From Bacteroidia bacterium (GTDB lineage Bacteria; Bacteroidota; Bacteroidia; DATLTG01), in NCBI GenBank assembly GCA_039924845.1, contig JBDTAC010000073.1:8614-72613 (forward strand): a DNA stretch of 64,000 nucleotides, given 5' to 3'. Shown here piece after piece: positions 19,584 through 29,561 of the stretch (its first letter is position 1; every line of letters begins with the position of its first letter). Made by a program: the position numbers and the translations under genes. The notes below the pieces were generated by a model. It was not told where the DNA came from, did no database searches, and worked only from the letters and a program-made list of their open reading frames with translations.

Positions 19584-21704
19584 TTAGCTTTTCCAGCCGA
19601 GTGTTTTTTGTGCGCGTTTGCGGAGTTTATCAATTTCTTCTATCGGAGAAGTCATTAAATCGTTCAGTTGCGTAACTTTTTCATTGTCTTCGCTTGCATT
19701 TTGTTCTGGATAAATAACTACGAAACTGTTGCGCTGAAAGTGTTTGGCGAGTTTTTTTGGTATGTTATCCAAATACGGATTATAGGAAATGGTATGTGGG
19801 CGCGCATTAATCATTACAATTAGATCGTCTGGATTGATGTCTCGCGAAAGCATTAAAAAATCTTGCCATTCGTCAAAAACTTGAAAAGAAATATCGGCAG
19901 AAAATTTATTTTTCATCGCTTCGGATTTTATTTTTTCGGCACTAATTTGTGTGCTGAAAAAAATAATTTTTGAACCCGTTTGATCCGACAATATTTTCAT
20001 CGATTTTATCCATCTGGAAAAACCAATTTCCAGTTCTGCATTTTCGGGAACAAGCGTAATTATTTTTCGAAGCGTATTGAGTGGATGAATGATTTTTGTT
20101 ACGAAAATCATCTGATCTGTATTTTGAAGTAAATTGTCTAACACACTTCCGAAAATGCGATCTGTAGCGGAAATAGCAGCATTCCATCCAATAATGACAT
20201 CCGTAATAATTAATTCTTTGATGGCTCTGATAATTCCGCTGGAAACGTTGATATCCACACGCGAAACGTTTTGTATTTTTTGTTCCAGCGCAGAAGCATG
20301 AATCGCTAATTTTTCGAGCATTTTATCATTTGCTAAAATTTTTTCGCGCGCTTCTTCATCATCTTTCACAACAACCAAAGGGTATAGCGGACTTTTCGAT
20401 TTCGGATTTTTAATCATAAAAGCCAAATCAATCAAGCGTTCAATCGTATTTGGGTTGGAGATTGGTATTAAAATTCGTTGTGGAATCTGCGTCATATCAG
20501 GCTTTTTCTCACCTTCTATAATCGCTAATTTTCGTCCGTTATTTTCTACAATAAAAGAACTTACGAGACAGGTAATTAAAATCAATAAAATAGTTCCGTT
20601 CAAGGTATTTTCATTAAACAATCCCATTTTAAAACCTACTAAAACAACAGCCAATGTAGCAGCGGCATGAGAAGTACTCATCCCAAAAATAAGTTTTCGC
20701 TCGATGGCAGAAAAGCGGAAAATTTTTTGTGTAACAAAAGAAGCCAACCATTTTCCAATGTAGGCTGCGATGATAATGGTTCCAGCAACTACAAAGGCGT
20801 GGCTGCCATTAAACAAGACGTGTAAATCAACCAACATGCCTACGTTTATCAGAAAAAATGGAATGAAAAGAGTGTTGCCGACAAATACAATTCGGTTCAT
20901 CAAAGCAGATGTGTGTGGAATTAATCGGTTCAGTGCGAGCCCAGCTAAAAATGCACCAATAATAGGTTCTACGCCGGCAAGTTCTGCTAAAAATGCAGAA
21001 GTAAAAACAACAGCGAGCACAAAAACAAATTGGGAACTTCCTTCGCCTTCGAGCTTACGAAAAAACCATCTCCCGATGCGCGGAATAATTATCAATACAA
21101 TCAATACAAAAATTAATAGAGAAATACCGAGTCGGATCCAAAATTCGGAATTGAGTCCGCCTTTTGCTGAACCTGTAATTACTGCCAATACAAGGAGAAC
21201 GGCGGTGTCGGTAATAATCGTTCCGCCAATTGTCATCGTTACAGATTTACTTTTGGTTAAGCCCAAACGGCTTATAATTGGGTACGTAATTAAGGTGTGC
21301 GATGCAAACATGCTTGCTAAAAGAATGGAAGATGTGAAGCTAAATTTTAAAAAATAAAATGAAATGGCGGTTCCGAAACAGAGCGGAAAAAGAAAAGTAA
21401 GTGTGCCAAAAAACAAGCTGAGGTTTTTATTTTTGATAAAATCATTTAGGTCGATTTCCAAGCCTGCCAAAAACATAATATACAGCAAACCGATGGTTCC
21501 AAATAAATCAATGCTGGAATTTTTGACCAATAAATTGGTGCCGTGCGGACCAATTATGACACCTGCAATGATTAATCCGATGATACCTGGAATGCGTAAT
21601 TTTTTTAATAAAATAGGTGCGAATAAAATAATAGAAAGAACCAATGCGAACACGAGTACATTGTCTTGAAGCGGCAAAGAAAAATCAACAGAAAGTAGTG
21701 TCAT
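19584..21704 (-). CDS. cation:proton antiporter (Na+/H+ exchanger family) with a large C-terminal cytoplasmic domain
   Basis: About 706 aa. 12-13 TM helices of the Na_H_Exchanger family. The start was trimmed to the Met at 21704 because the upstream ORF extension overlaps a tRNA gene. Confidence 0.8.
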   Translation of the reverse strand: MTLLSVDFSLPLQDNVLVFALVLSIILFAPILLKKLRIPGIIGLIIAGVIIGPHGTNLLVKNSSIDLFGTIGLLYIMFLAGLEIDLNDFIKNKNLSLFFGTLTFLFPLCFGTAISFYFLKFSFTSSILLASMFASHTLITYPIISRLGLTKSKSVTMTIGGTIITDTAVLLVLAVITGSAKGGLNSEFWIRLGISLLIFVLIVLIIIPRIGRWFFRKLEGEGSSQFVFVLAVVFTSAFLAELAGVEPIIGAFLAGLALNRLIPHTSALMNRIVFVGNTLFIPFFLINVGMLVDLHVLFNGSHAFVVAGTIIIAAYIGKWLASFVTQKIFRFSAIERKLIFGMSTSHAAATLAVVLVGFKMGLFNENTLNGTILLILITCLVSSFIVENNGRKLAIIEGEKKPDMTQIPQRILIPISNPNTIERLIDLAFMIKNPKSKSPLYPLVVVKDDEEAREKILANDKMLEKLAIHASALEQKIQNVSRVDINVSSGIIRAIKELIITDVIIGWNAAISATDRIFGSVLDNLLQNTDQMIFVTKIIHPLNTLRKIITLVPENAELEIGFSRWIKSMKILSDQTGSKIIFFSTQISAEKIKSEAMKNKFSADISFQVFDEWQDFLMLSRDINPDDLIVMINARPHTISYNPYLDNIPKKLAKHFQRNSFVVIYPEQNASEDNEKVTQLNDLMTSPIEEIDKLRKRAQKTLGWKS

Positions 21705-21721
21705 CGGTAAATTTATGTTTG

Positions 21722-21804
21722 TGCCCTGAGGGAGACTCGAACTCCCAAGGATAGACTCCAACGGCTTCTGAGACCGCAACGTTTACCAATTTCGCCATCA
21801 GGGC
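21722..21804 (-). tRNA. tRNA-Leu (anticodon CAG), type II with long variable arm
   Basis: Reverse complement folds as acceptor GCCCTGA/TCAGGGC, U8, 3-bp D-stem with an AAATTGGTAAAC loop, anticodon loop CUCAGAA, long variable arm, T-arm GGGAG-TTCGAGT-CTCCC, discriminator A. CCA is not encoded. The layout parallels E. coli tRNA-Leu(CAG). Confidence 0.8.
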
Positions 21805-21962
21805 ACTAAAATTATCGTAAAGATATAATTATCGAAATGATAATCTTCGATTTTTTCGGATACAAAAAAGAGTCTTTAGAAAAATAATTTTTCGAGACAG
21901 AAAATCAAGAGGGTTATTCCGATTGATTTTTTACCTTTGACATTTATTCATAACGCTATTTT

Positions 21963-22508
21963 ATGGAATTTCACTACATCCTCGCACTTCACATCATTTT
22001 TATAGTAACTTGGTTTGCTGGACTTTTTTACATGCCGCGACTTTTTATTTATCACGTAGAAGCAGAAAAAAAACCGGAGCTCGAAAAAAAAATTCTGCAA
22101 ACGCAATTTAAAATAATGGAAAAAAATTTGTGGTACATCATCACTTGGCCCTCGATGATTTTAACCTTACTATTTGGTCCATGGATGGTGATTTTAAATC
22201 CAAGTTATTTAACGCACCCGTATTTTATTTTGAAATTATGTTTCGTTTTTGGATTGATTGTATACCATTTCCGTTGCCACATTATTTTCAAACAATTGCA
22301 AAATGACATCATCAAAACCACTTCTTTTCGCTTGCGTCTTTTTAACGAAATCGCCACTGTTTTTTTATTTGCTATCGTTTTTATAATTGTTTTAAAAGAT
22401 CAAACCAGCTTTATTTGGGGCTTACTCGGCTTGATTGTTTTTGCCGCTATGATGTTTGTCGTGATTAAGATGTACAAAAAAAGCAGAGAGAAAAACGAGC
22501 AGAAATAA
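21963..22508 (+). CDS. hemJ: protoporphyrinogen oxidase HemJ-like membrane protein (UPF0093)
   Basis: 181 aa and 4-5 TM. N-terminal LALHIIFIVTWFAGLFYMPRLFIYH matches the HemJ signature region. Confidence 0.65.
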   Translation: MEFHYILALHIIFIVTWFAGLFYMPRLFIYHVEAEKKPELEKKILQTQFKIMEKNLWYIITWPSMILTLLFGPWMVILNPSYLTHPYFILKLCFVFGLIVYHFRCHIIFKQLQNDIIKTTSFRLRLFNEIATVFLFAIVFIIVLKDQTSFIWGLLGLIVFAAMMFVVIKMYKKSREKNEQK

Positions 22509-22540
22509 AATAAAATGTACTGAAAGCTCCCGTTGTTTCG

Positions 22541-22564
22541 GATTCTTCGTTTCACTCAGAATGA
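22541..22564. repeat. short hairpin repeat, inverted copy (gattcttcgtttcactcagaatga)
   Basis: Reverse complement is tcATTCTgagtgaaacgaAGAATc: the same ATTCT/AGAAT stem and flanks as the other copies. With 22594-22620 it forms an inverted pair between the convergent hemJ and manC genes. Confidence 0.55.
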
Positions 22565-22593
22565 TAAAATGTTTTTTGAATCTCGTTTCTAAT

Positions 22594-22620
22594 TGTCATT
22601 CTGAACGGAGTGAAGAATCT
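22594..22620. repeat. short hairpin repeat copy tgtcATTCTgaacggagtgaAGAATct
   Basis: Near-identical to 7846-7877 (1 nt different in the loop). Confidence 0.6.
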
Positions 22621-22634
22621 ATTTTGTAAAATCA

Positions 22635-23774
22635 CTACACGAATTTATCGCCTTTTTCCACTTTTACATCATTCACAAAAGTGCGTATTTGCTGTTCGTC
22701 TTGTTTTTTACAGATCAATAAAATATTGTCGGAATCCACTACGATATAATCTTCCAAGCCTTCAATCACAGCTAATTTTCCAGCAGAAACATTCACAATA
22801 CATTTTTTAGAATCGTACATCATCACATTTTTTCCGACAATCGCATTTTCGTTTTCGTCTTTTTTGATGTGATTATAAAGCGATCCCCAGGTTCCTAAAT
22901 CCGACCACCCGATGACGGAAGAGCGCACATACACGTTGTCGGCTTTTTCCATCACACCATAATCAATTGAAATATTTTTGCAACGAGAGTACGCTTGCTT
23001 AATAAAATTAGGCTCTTCAGGAGTATCGTATTTTCCGATTCCTTCTTTAAAAATAGAATGCATTTCGGGCAAATGTTTTTCAAATGCTTCGACAATACTT
23101 TTGGCTGTCCAAATAAAAATACCCGAATTCCAAAGGAAATCACCACTTTTCATGAAAAAAGTCGCCATTTCCAAGTCCGGCTTTTCTGTAAATGTTTTTA
23201 CTTTTTTGATGCGCGAATCTTTTTCTTTTTTGTCAGAATCTTGGTATTGAATGTATCCGTAACCCGTGTCTGGCCGGCTTGGCTTGATGCCTAAAGTAAC
23301 CAAACAATTATCAGCGCTTGCTTTTTTGAAACAAGATTTAACAGCTTTTATAAACGTATTTTCTTTTAAGATAAGATGATCGGAAGGTGCCACAACAATG
23401 TTCGCTTCCGGATTGGTTTGATAAATTTTATAACAAGCATAAGCTACGCAGGGTGCGGTATTTTTACGTGCAGGTTCACACAAAATATTTTTTTCGGGAA
23501 TATCTGGTAATTGTTCGCGCACCATATTTTTGTACAATTCATTGGTAACAACAAAAATATTTTCTTTCGGACAAAGTGGTAAAAAGCGCGAATATGTTTG
23601 TTGCAATAAAGAACTCCCAGTTCCCAAAATATCTAAAAATTGTTTTGGATGTGCGGTGCGACTCATGGGCCAAAAGCGGCTTCCAATACCTCCCGCCATG
23701 ATCACACAAAAGTTTTTATCTTTTTTTCTCGAAAGGATTTTCCGAGGATCTAAAAAATATTTTTTCAAAGCCAT
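22635..23774 (-). CDS. manC: mannose-1-phosphate guanylyltransferase
   Basis: 379 aa. VIMAGGIGSRFWPMS nucleotidyltransferase motif and a C-terminal left-handed helix domain. The start codon lies 3 nt after the stop of the upstream aminotransferase (operon). An alternative start lies 26 codons in. Confidence 0.85.
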   Translation of the reverse strand: MALKKYFLDPRKILSRKKDKNFCVIMAGGIGSRFWPMSRTAHPKQFLDILGTGSSLLQQTYSRFLPLCPKENIFVVTNELYKNMVREQLPDIPEKNILCEPARKNTAPCVAYACYKIYQTNPEANIVVAPSDHLILKENTFIKAVKSCFKKASADNCLVTLGIKPSRPDTGYGYIQYQDSDKKEKDSRIKKVKTFTEKPDLEMATFFMKSGDFLWNSGIFIWTAKSIVEAFEKHLPEMHSIFKEGIGKYDTPEEPNFIKQAYSRCKNISIDYGVMEKADNVYVRSSVIGWSDLGTWGSLYNHIKKDENENAIVGKNVMMYDSKKCIVNVSAGKLAVIEGLEDYIVVDSDNILLICKKQDEQQIRTFVNDVKVEKGDKFV

Positions 23775-23777
23775 TTT

Positions 23778-25067
23778 CTATGATAATTTTTTCAATGCGT
23801 TTTTTAAATTTTCAAAAAAGCCTTTTATATCTTCCATGGAAGCTGTTCCTACTGAAAGGCGATACCAAGCAGAATCTCCGGAAGAACCAAATGCGTAAAA
23901 AGGAACAATAGCAATTTTTGCTTCGTCTAAAATATATTTTGTAACGTCTTTTGTGTCGTGTAAAATTTTTCCATCTGCAGTTTTCTTTCCTTGTAATTTT
24001 ATTTGAACCGTTAGATAAATAGCTGCTTGCGGAGCAATCGCATTTACTGAAAAGCCCTCGTTTTTCAATTCCATAAAGCCTTTGTAAAAAGAATCCAAAC
24101 GTTGAAAAATTTGTTGTTTGAAAGGATTTAAAAAATGATCAACAGCCGCATCGTTTACCAAAAATTTGGCGGTTGCTAATTGTTCTGCTTTTGGCGACCA
24201 AGCTCCCACGTGACTTAAAATCGCTTTCATTTTATCAATCACTTTTTTAGGTCCCATTGCCCAACCAACTCGAACACCAGTGGCGGCAAATGCTTTCGAA
24301 ATACCGTCAATAAAAATGGTGTAATTTTTCATTTCAGGACGTAAGGTAATTGGGTTGAAATGCTTGGTATCAGAAAAAGTGAGCATCCAATAAACTTGAT
24401 CAAAAAGCAAATACAATGGCTTTTCATTTTCGCCTCTGCGTTTATTTTCTGCTAAAATTAAATCACAAATTTCTTCTAAACCTTTTTTGGTAAATGTAGT
24501 TCCAGTGGGATTTAGAGGCGAACAAACAGCCAGCATTGCCGCTTTCTGAATGTGCGGTTTTAATTCTTCCGCAGTGGGCATAAAATTATTCTCCATCTTT
24601 GTTTCCACCATGATGCAATTGGCGTAAGAAAGATGTGTGTAGTGATTATTATTCCAAGAAGGAACTGGAAATAAAATAGAATCGTTTGGGTCAATTAATG
24701 CTTGATAAGTAGCGTAAATCAATGGGCGTGCGCCTCCGGAAATTAAAATTTCGTCTGCTTTAAAATCTAATTCTTGTCGCTTTTTTAAAAAATGTGCAAC
24801 CGAATTTATCAAAGCAGGCATTCCGCTGGCAGCGGGATAATTGGTTTCATTGTTCGTATATTCTTCTATTATTGCCGCCTTTAATTCGTTAGGAATGGGA
24901 AACATTTTGGGATTAAAATCGCCAATCGTTAGGTTGTAAATTTTTTCTCCATTCTTAATTTTTTCATTCACTTCGGCAGCCAGCTTTATAATTTCTGAAC
25001 CAATCAATGTTTCTGCCATTTGCGACACTTTTAAGTCGCGCATTTTTTCAATTGTTGAAGTGCTCAT
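23778..25067 (-). CDS. class I/II PLP-dependent aminotransferase
   Basis: 429 aa. The GISKAFAATGVRVGWA PLP-lysine region (SxxK) and the aminotransferase I/II fold pattern. Confidence 0.8.
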   Translation of the reverse strand: MSTSTIEKMRDLKVSQMAETLIGSEIIKLAAEVNEKIKNGEKIYNLTIGDFNPKMFPIPNELKAAIIEEYTNNETNYPAASGMPALINSVAHFLKKRQELDFKADEILISGGARPLIYATYQALIDPNDSILFPVPSWNNNHYTHLSYANCIMVETKMENNFMPTAEELKPHIQKAAMLAVCSPLNPTGTTFTKKGLEEICDLILAENKRRGENEKPLYLLFDQVYWMLTFSDTKHFNPITLRPEMKNYTIFIDGISKAFAATGVRVGWAMGPKKVIDKMKAILSHVGAWSPKAEQLATAKFLVNDAAVDHFLNPFKQQIFQRLDSFYKGFMELKNEGFSVNAIAPQAAIYLTVQIKLQGKKTADGKILHDTKDVTKYILDEAKIAIVPFYAFGSSGDSAWYRLSVGTASMEDIKGFFENLKNALKKLS

Positions 25068-25183
25068 GTTTTTGATGTTATTTATTGTCCGACAAATTTA
25101 ATAAAATAACATTCGCGGATAAATTTAGGAGAATTAAATAATGGATATCTCTACACTTTCTTTATAATTGTGATGAAAAAAAA

Positions 25184-25215
25184 TGTCATTCTCAACTTGA
25201 TTCAGAATCTGCACG
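25184..25215. repeat. short hairpin repeat copy tgtcATTCTcaacttgattcAGAATctgcacg
   Basis: Flanks tgtc...ctgcacg and the 5-bp stem are identical to copy 1; the loop is different. Confidence 0.55.
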
Positions 25216-25620
25216 ATGCAACGCGGTATCATTGCGGGAAAATTTAGGTTTTTCCATCTGCTCCAGAGGAGTGGAATAGTAATAGAAAATAACCAATCGT
25301 TAACCTGTTTTTAGCTCCGAAGGAGAGGAATAACATTCAATACAAAGAGAATTACCTTTCAAATAGCGTGTTTGTACTGCTACTTCGGAGCTATCTGTTT
25401 TTCTGCATCGAATTTCTCTTTTCATTTTAAAAGCCTCACCTAAATCCTCTCTCTTGGAGAGAATTTAGCACTTAGCTCCCTTCTCCAAAGGAGAAGGGCT
25501 GGGGATGAGGCTCGTTTATTCAAAATCTGATGTCGCTTTTTTATTTTGCATCTACACATTTTCAAATCTTCCAATTTAATTGCGTAAAAAAGTTATTTTT
25601 GTGGCGATAAGAGATAATTA

Positions 25621-26538
25621 ATGGCAATTAAGAAAAACATTCTTTCGACACTTCTTTTTTTAGTTGCTGGCACGCTCGGTGTTTTTGCTCAACCGTATGT
25701 GGATATTGTAAACACAGGCTGTCAATTGTTTTCTTCGTCTTATGTGCATGTGAATAATACTCCTTCGCAAAACCAAACGAACGATTATTATTTAAATCTT
25801 TTTTTCCCGAAGCAGCTCAAAAATAAAGATGTGTTGTTGTTTCGCATCAATGCGGAAAGAGTAGATTCCTACAGCAGTGATTCTTCATCTAATTCTCCTT
25901 CTGCTTCCTTGTACGCCTTGTCGGTTCCTGTTGGCATGCAAATCCTTTCCAAAAACGAAAAATGGAAAACTACTTTTTTAGCGATTCCAAAAATTGCGGG
26001 AGCACTTCAAAATTCGATAACAGCAAAAGAATTTCAAATGGGAGGCGCGTTGTTATTTACCTATCAAAAAAATAATTTTTTAGAATATAAAATTGGTTTG
26101 TATTACAACCGCGAAGCATTCGGGAATTTTTTTATGCCGCTTGGCGCAATTGAATGGAAAGCAAATAAACATTGGAAATTTTACGGAATTATACCCAGCA
26201 ATTATTACGTAGAATATAAGTGTAACGATAAACTATTTTTCGGGCTTAATTTCAAAGCCTTCACACGATCATTCCAATTAGCTGCCTCTCAAAATAATGA
26301 TTACGTGCGTTACAACGAAGAAGAGTTGAAGTTTTATGTAGATTATTTTGTCTATAAAAAACTACTTGCATTTGCGGAAGCAGGTTATAATCTTGGTAAA
26401 AACCCCATTCAGTATAATGAAGGAACATCTTTTTACTGCGATACCAACCCGATTTATTCTCCTGTAAAAAACTATTTTCTTTTTAACTTTGGCATCGCTT
26501 ATCGTTTGCGTTTTGATTTACTGGAGACGAAAATATAA
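25621..26538 (+). CDS. putative outer-membrane beta-barrel protein, hypothetical
   Basis: 305 aa. Signal peptide (LVAGTLGVFAQ), alternating amphipathic segments rich in aromatics and a C-terminal ...GIAYRLRF-like motif. Confidence 0.5.
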   Translation: MAIKKNILSTLLFLVAGTLGVFAQPYVDIVNTGCQLFSSSYVHVNNTPSQNQTNDYYLNLFFPKQLKNKDVLLFRINAERVDSYSSDSSSNSPSASLYALSVPVGMQILSKNEKWKTTFLAIPKIAGALQNSITAKEFQMGGALLFTYQKNNFLEYKIGLYYNREAFGNFFMPLGAIEWKANKHWKFYGIIPSNYYVEYKCNDKLFFGLNFKAFTRSFQLAASQNNDYVRYNEEELKFYVDYFVYKKLLAFAEAGYNLGKNPIQYNEGTSFYCDTNPIYSPVKNYFLFNFGIAYRLRFDLLETKI

Positions 26539-26575
26539 TACAAAATGAAACGATTCTTTTTTTAATTATTGATTT

Positions 26576-28366
26576 GTGCAAAAAATAAAAAAGATATTAC
26601 ATACATTTTCTGAATGGAGATTACGACACATCAGCAATCGTAATTTCTTATTGATATTAAGTGTTTTCGTAGGTGTTTTAGCAGGATTGGCTTCTGTTAT
26701 TTTAAAATTATCAGCTCACGAAATCGAAACCTTTTTAGATTTTATCGGCAGGAAAAACTATCCATATATATTTTTTCTGCTTCCCTTAATTGGTATTTTA
26801 TTGACCGTTTTATACGTGCAAATTTTCCGAAAAGGAAAAATAGGAAGAGGTATCAGCAGCATTCTGTTCGCGATTCATAAAAAATCGAGCAGAATAGAAA
26901 AAGATAAATTATATTCGCATATCATCTCCAGTGCCATTACGGTGGGTTTCGGAGGTTCTGTCGGATTAGAAGCTCCGATTGTTGTAACCGGTGCGGCAAT
27001 TGGTTCTAACACGTCCAAAGCATTTGGTTTGCATTACAAAGAACGTACCTTATTATTGGCTTGTGGTGCTGCCGCAGGTATTGGCGCTGTTTTTAATTGT
27101 CCGATTGCAGGTGTTCTATTTGCCGTAGAAGTATTGCTTTCCGAATTTTCCATTCCTTCTTTTATTCCATTGCTGATGGCGTCAGCAACGGCTTCCGTGG
27201 TTTCACAATTGTTGTATCAGAGTAAACTTTTTTACCTCGTTACGGATTCTTGGGATTTAAAAGCCATTCCATTTTACGTTTTATTGGGATTGATTACTGG
27301 AATACTTTCTGTTTACGTTACCCGAATGATGCGCTATACAGAAGAATTTTTCAAATCAAAGAAACATCCTTATCGAAAAGTATTAACTGGAGGAATTTTA
27401 CTTAGTGTTCTTATTTTCCTATTCCCTCCGCTATACGGCGAAGGTTACAAAATAGTGGAAATGCTCTTGGAAGGGAAATTTCATCAAATACTCGACAATA
27501 CTTTTTTTGCAGGTAGTAATAACGAATGGCTGATGGTTATTGTGGCTGCTTTGATTGTGTTGGTAAAACCTATTGCTACTTCGCTAACCCTTGGAGGAGG
27601 CGGAAATGGAGGTATTTTTGCGCCGTCTTTATTCCTGGGAGCTGTATTCGGTTTTGCATTTGCACACACCGTTAATATGTTGGGAATTTATCACCTCACG
27701 GAAGCAAATTTTATTGTGGTGGCGATGGCTGGTATTCTCAGCGGCGTGATTCACATTCCGCTTACCGCGATATTTTTGATTGCCGAAATTACAGGAGGTT
27801 ATATTTTATTGGTCCCTTTAATGATTGTTTCCGCGATTTCGTATTTTATCATTCGTTATTTTGAACCGTATTCGTTTTACATGAAGCAACTGGCGCGAAA
27901 AGGGCATTTGCCTACGAACGATAAAGATAAATTGGTGCTCAACAGAATGCACATTGATGAATTGGTAGAAAAAGATTTTGTTTCTGTTCCAGTAGAAGCC
28001 AGTTTGGGCGAATTGGTTCATGTGATTGCACATTCTAAACGGAATATTTTTCCGGTGCTGAGTGAAGATGGACGTTTGGCGGGCGTTATTTTGTTAGACA
28101 ACGTTCGAGAACAAATGTTTCAAACCGAAAAATACGATCAGATATTTGTCAAAGACTTAATGTTTCAGCCGCCGGCAAGTATTGATGTGAAAGAAAAAAT
28201 GTTTTCGGTGATGCATAAATTTGAAGAATTTAATTCGTGGAATTTACCTGTTTTGGATGATACGAAATACATCGGATTTGTTTCTAAGTCGGCTGTGTTT
28301 ACAAAGTATAGAGAGCTTTTACTAAAACAAGCGAAGCGTGCCGAACAAAGCAATTTAACACTTTGA
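26576..28366 (+). CDS. ClC family voltage-gated chloride channel with C-terminal CBS pair
   Basis: 596 aa. GGSVGLEAPIV, GIGAVFNCPIAGVLFAVE and GGIFAPSLFLGA selectivity-filter motifs, then two CBS domains. Confidence 0.85.
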   Translation: MQKIKKILHTFSEWRLRHISNRNFLLILSVFVGVLAGLASVILKLSAHEIETFLDFIGRKNYPYIFFLLPLIGILLTVLYVQIFRKGKIGRGISSILFAIHKKSSRIEKDKLYSHIISSAITVGFGGSVGLEAPIVVTGAAIGSNTSKAFGLHYKERTLLLACGAAAGIGAVFNCPIAGVLFAVEVLLSEFSIPSFIPLLMASATASVVSQLLYQSKLFYLVTDSWDLKAIPFYVLLGLITGILSVYVTRMMRYTEEFFKSKKHPYRKVLTGGILLSVLIFLFPPLYGEGYKIVEMLLEGKFHQILDNTFFAGSNNEWLMVIVAALIVLVKPIATSLTLGGGGNGGIFAPSLFLGAVFGFAFAHTVNMLGIYHLTEANFIVVAMAGILSGVIHIPLTAIFLIAEITGGYILLVPLMIVSAISYFIIRYFEPYSFYMKQLARKGHLPTNDKDKLVLNRMHIDELVEKDFVSVPVEASLGELVHVIAHSKRNIFPVLSEDGRLAGVILLDNVREQMFQTEKYDQIFVKDLMFQPPASIDVKEKMFSVMHKFEEFNSWNLPVLDDTKYIGFVSKSAVFTKYRELLLKQAKRAEQSNLTL

Positions 28367-28416
28367 AAAATTATTTTTTTGAAGGCTAAAACAAGTACCA
28401 ACTTCAGCAGATAAAA

Positions 28417-29541
28417 ATGAAAAAGAAGAAAGTAATTGTTTCTGTCATCAACGATTTAAGCACCGATCAGCGGGTTCATAAAGTATCCACAACTTTAAAA
28501 AAAATGGGCTTTGACGTTTTGCTCGTTGGTAGAAAGCAACGAAAAAGTTTAACGCTTGCTCCCAGAAATTATGCTACGAAAAGAATGTTTTTAGTCTTTG
28601 AAAAAGGCATTTTATTTTACGTTGAATTTCAGTTTCGATTATTCCTTTTTTTACTTTTTCACAAAGCAGACATCCTTGTGGCGAATGATTTAGATACACT
28701 TGCGCCGAATTATTTAATTTCGAAAATTAAAAATGTTCCCGTCGTTTACGACAGTCATGAAATTTTTACCGAAGTGCCAGAATTACAGCAAAATCAAGTA
28801 AAAAGAAAGATTTGGTTACGTCTTGAAAAAAATATTTTCCCGAAATTAAAAACTATTTTTACGGTGAATCATTCCATTGCGAATTACTTTTCCGATTTGT
28901 ATAAAGTTCCGGTAAACGTGTTGAGAAATGTTCCTTTTTCAAAAAAAAGAGAAACAAATTCGATTGAGAAAAATAAAATATTTGAAACGGATAAAAAAAT
29001 AATTTTGTTGCAAGGCGCCGGAATTAATATAGATAGAGGCGCGGAAGAATTGGTGGAAGCGATGCAATACATTGACGTTGCCATTTTAGTAATTGTCGGT
29101 TGCGGAGATGTGATTCCGATACTCGAAAAAATGATTGTGAAATGGAAGCTCGAAAAAAAAATTTTTCTGACGGGAAAAATTCCATTCGAAAAATTGTCGA
29201 ATTACACACATTTTGCAGACTTAGGTGTTACCTTGGATAAAGACACAAACATCAATTATAAATTTAGTTTGCCGAATAAGGTTTTTGATTACATCCAAGC
29301 AGGAGTACCTGTTCTAGCATCTGATTTAATAGAGTTGAAAAAAATAATTTTTCAATATCAAGTAGGAGATTGTATTCAAAATCACGATCCAAAACACATT
29401 GCCGAAAAAATCAATTCCATTTTTACCGACGAAAAATTGCTTCTGAAATGGAAAGAAAACACGAAAGTAGCGGCGCAAGAATTGTGTTGGGAAAACGAAG
29501 AGAAAATAGTAATAGAAACCTATCAGAAATTTTTAAAATAA
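28417..29541 (+). CDS. glycosyltransferase family 4 (GT-B fold)
   Basis: 374 aa. N-terminal GT4-like domain and a C-terminal GT1 domain with an E-x7-E-like region. Confidence 0.8.
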   Translation: MKKKKVIVSVINDLSTDQRVHKVSTTLKKMGFDVLLVGRKQRKSLTLAPRNYATKRMFLVFEKGILFYVEFQFRLFLFLLFHKADILVANDLDTLAPNYLISKIKNVPVVYDSHEIFTEVPELQQNQVKRKIWLRLEKNIFPKLKTIFTVNHSIANYFSDLYKVPVNVLRNVPFSKKRETNSIEKNKIFETDKKIILLQGAGINIDRGAEELVEAMQYIDVAILVIVGCGDVIPILEKMIVKWKLEKKIFLTGKIPFEKLSNYTHFADLGVTLDKDTNINYKFSLPNKVFDYIQAGVPVLASDLIELKKIIFQYQVGDCIQNHDPKHIAEKINSIFTDEKLLLKWKENTKVAAQELCWENEEKIVIETYQKFLK

Positions 29542-29561
29542 AAAAAATCAGCTCGAAACAC

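Noticed and set aside
29370-29541. Long N-terminal extension of the second glycosyltransferase overlapping the first by 172 nt; possible frameshift or fusion
   Set aside because: Both glycosyltransferases have complete N- and C-terminal GT-B halves, so they are separate genes. The overlap is better explained by a downstream TTG or GTG start.
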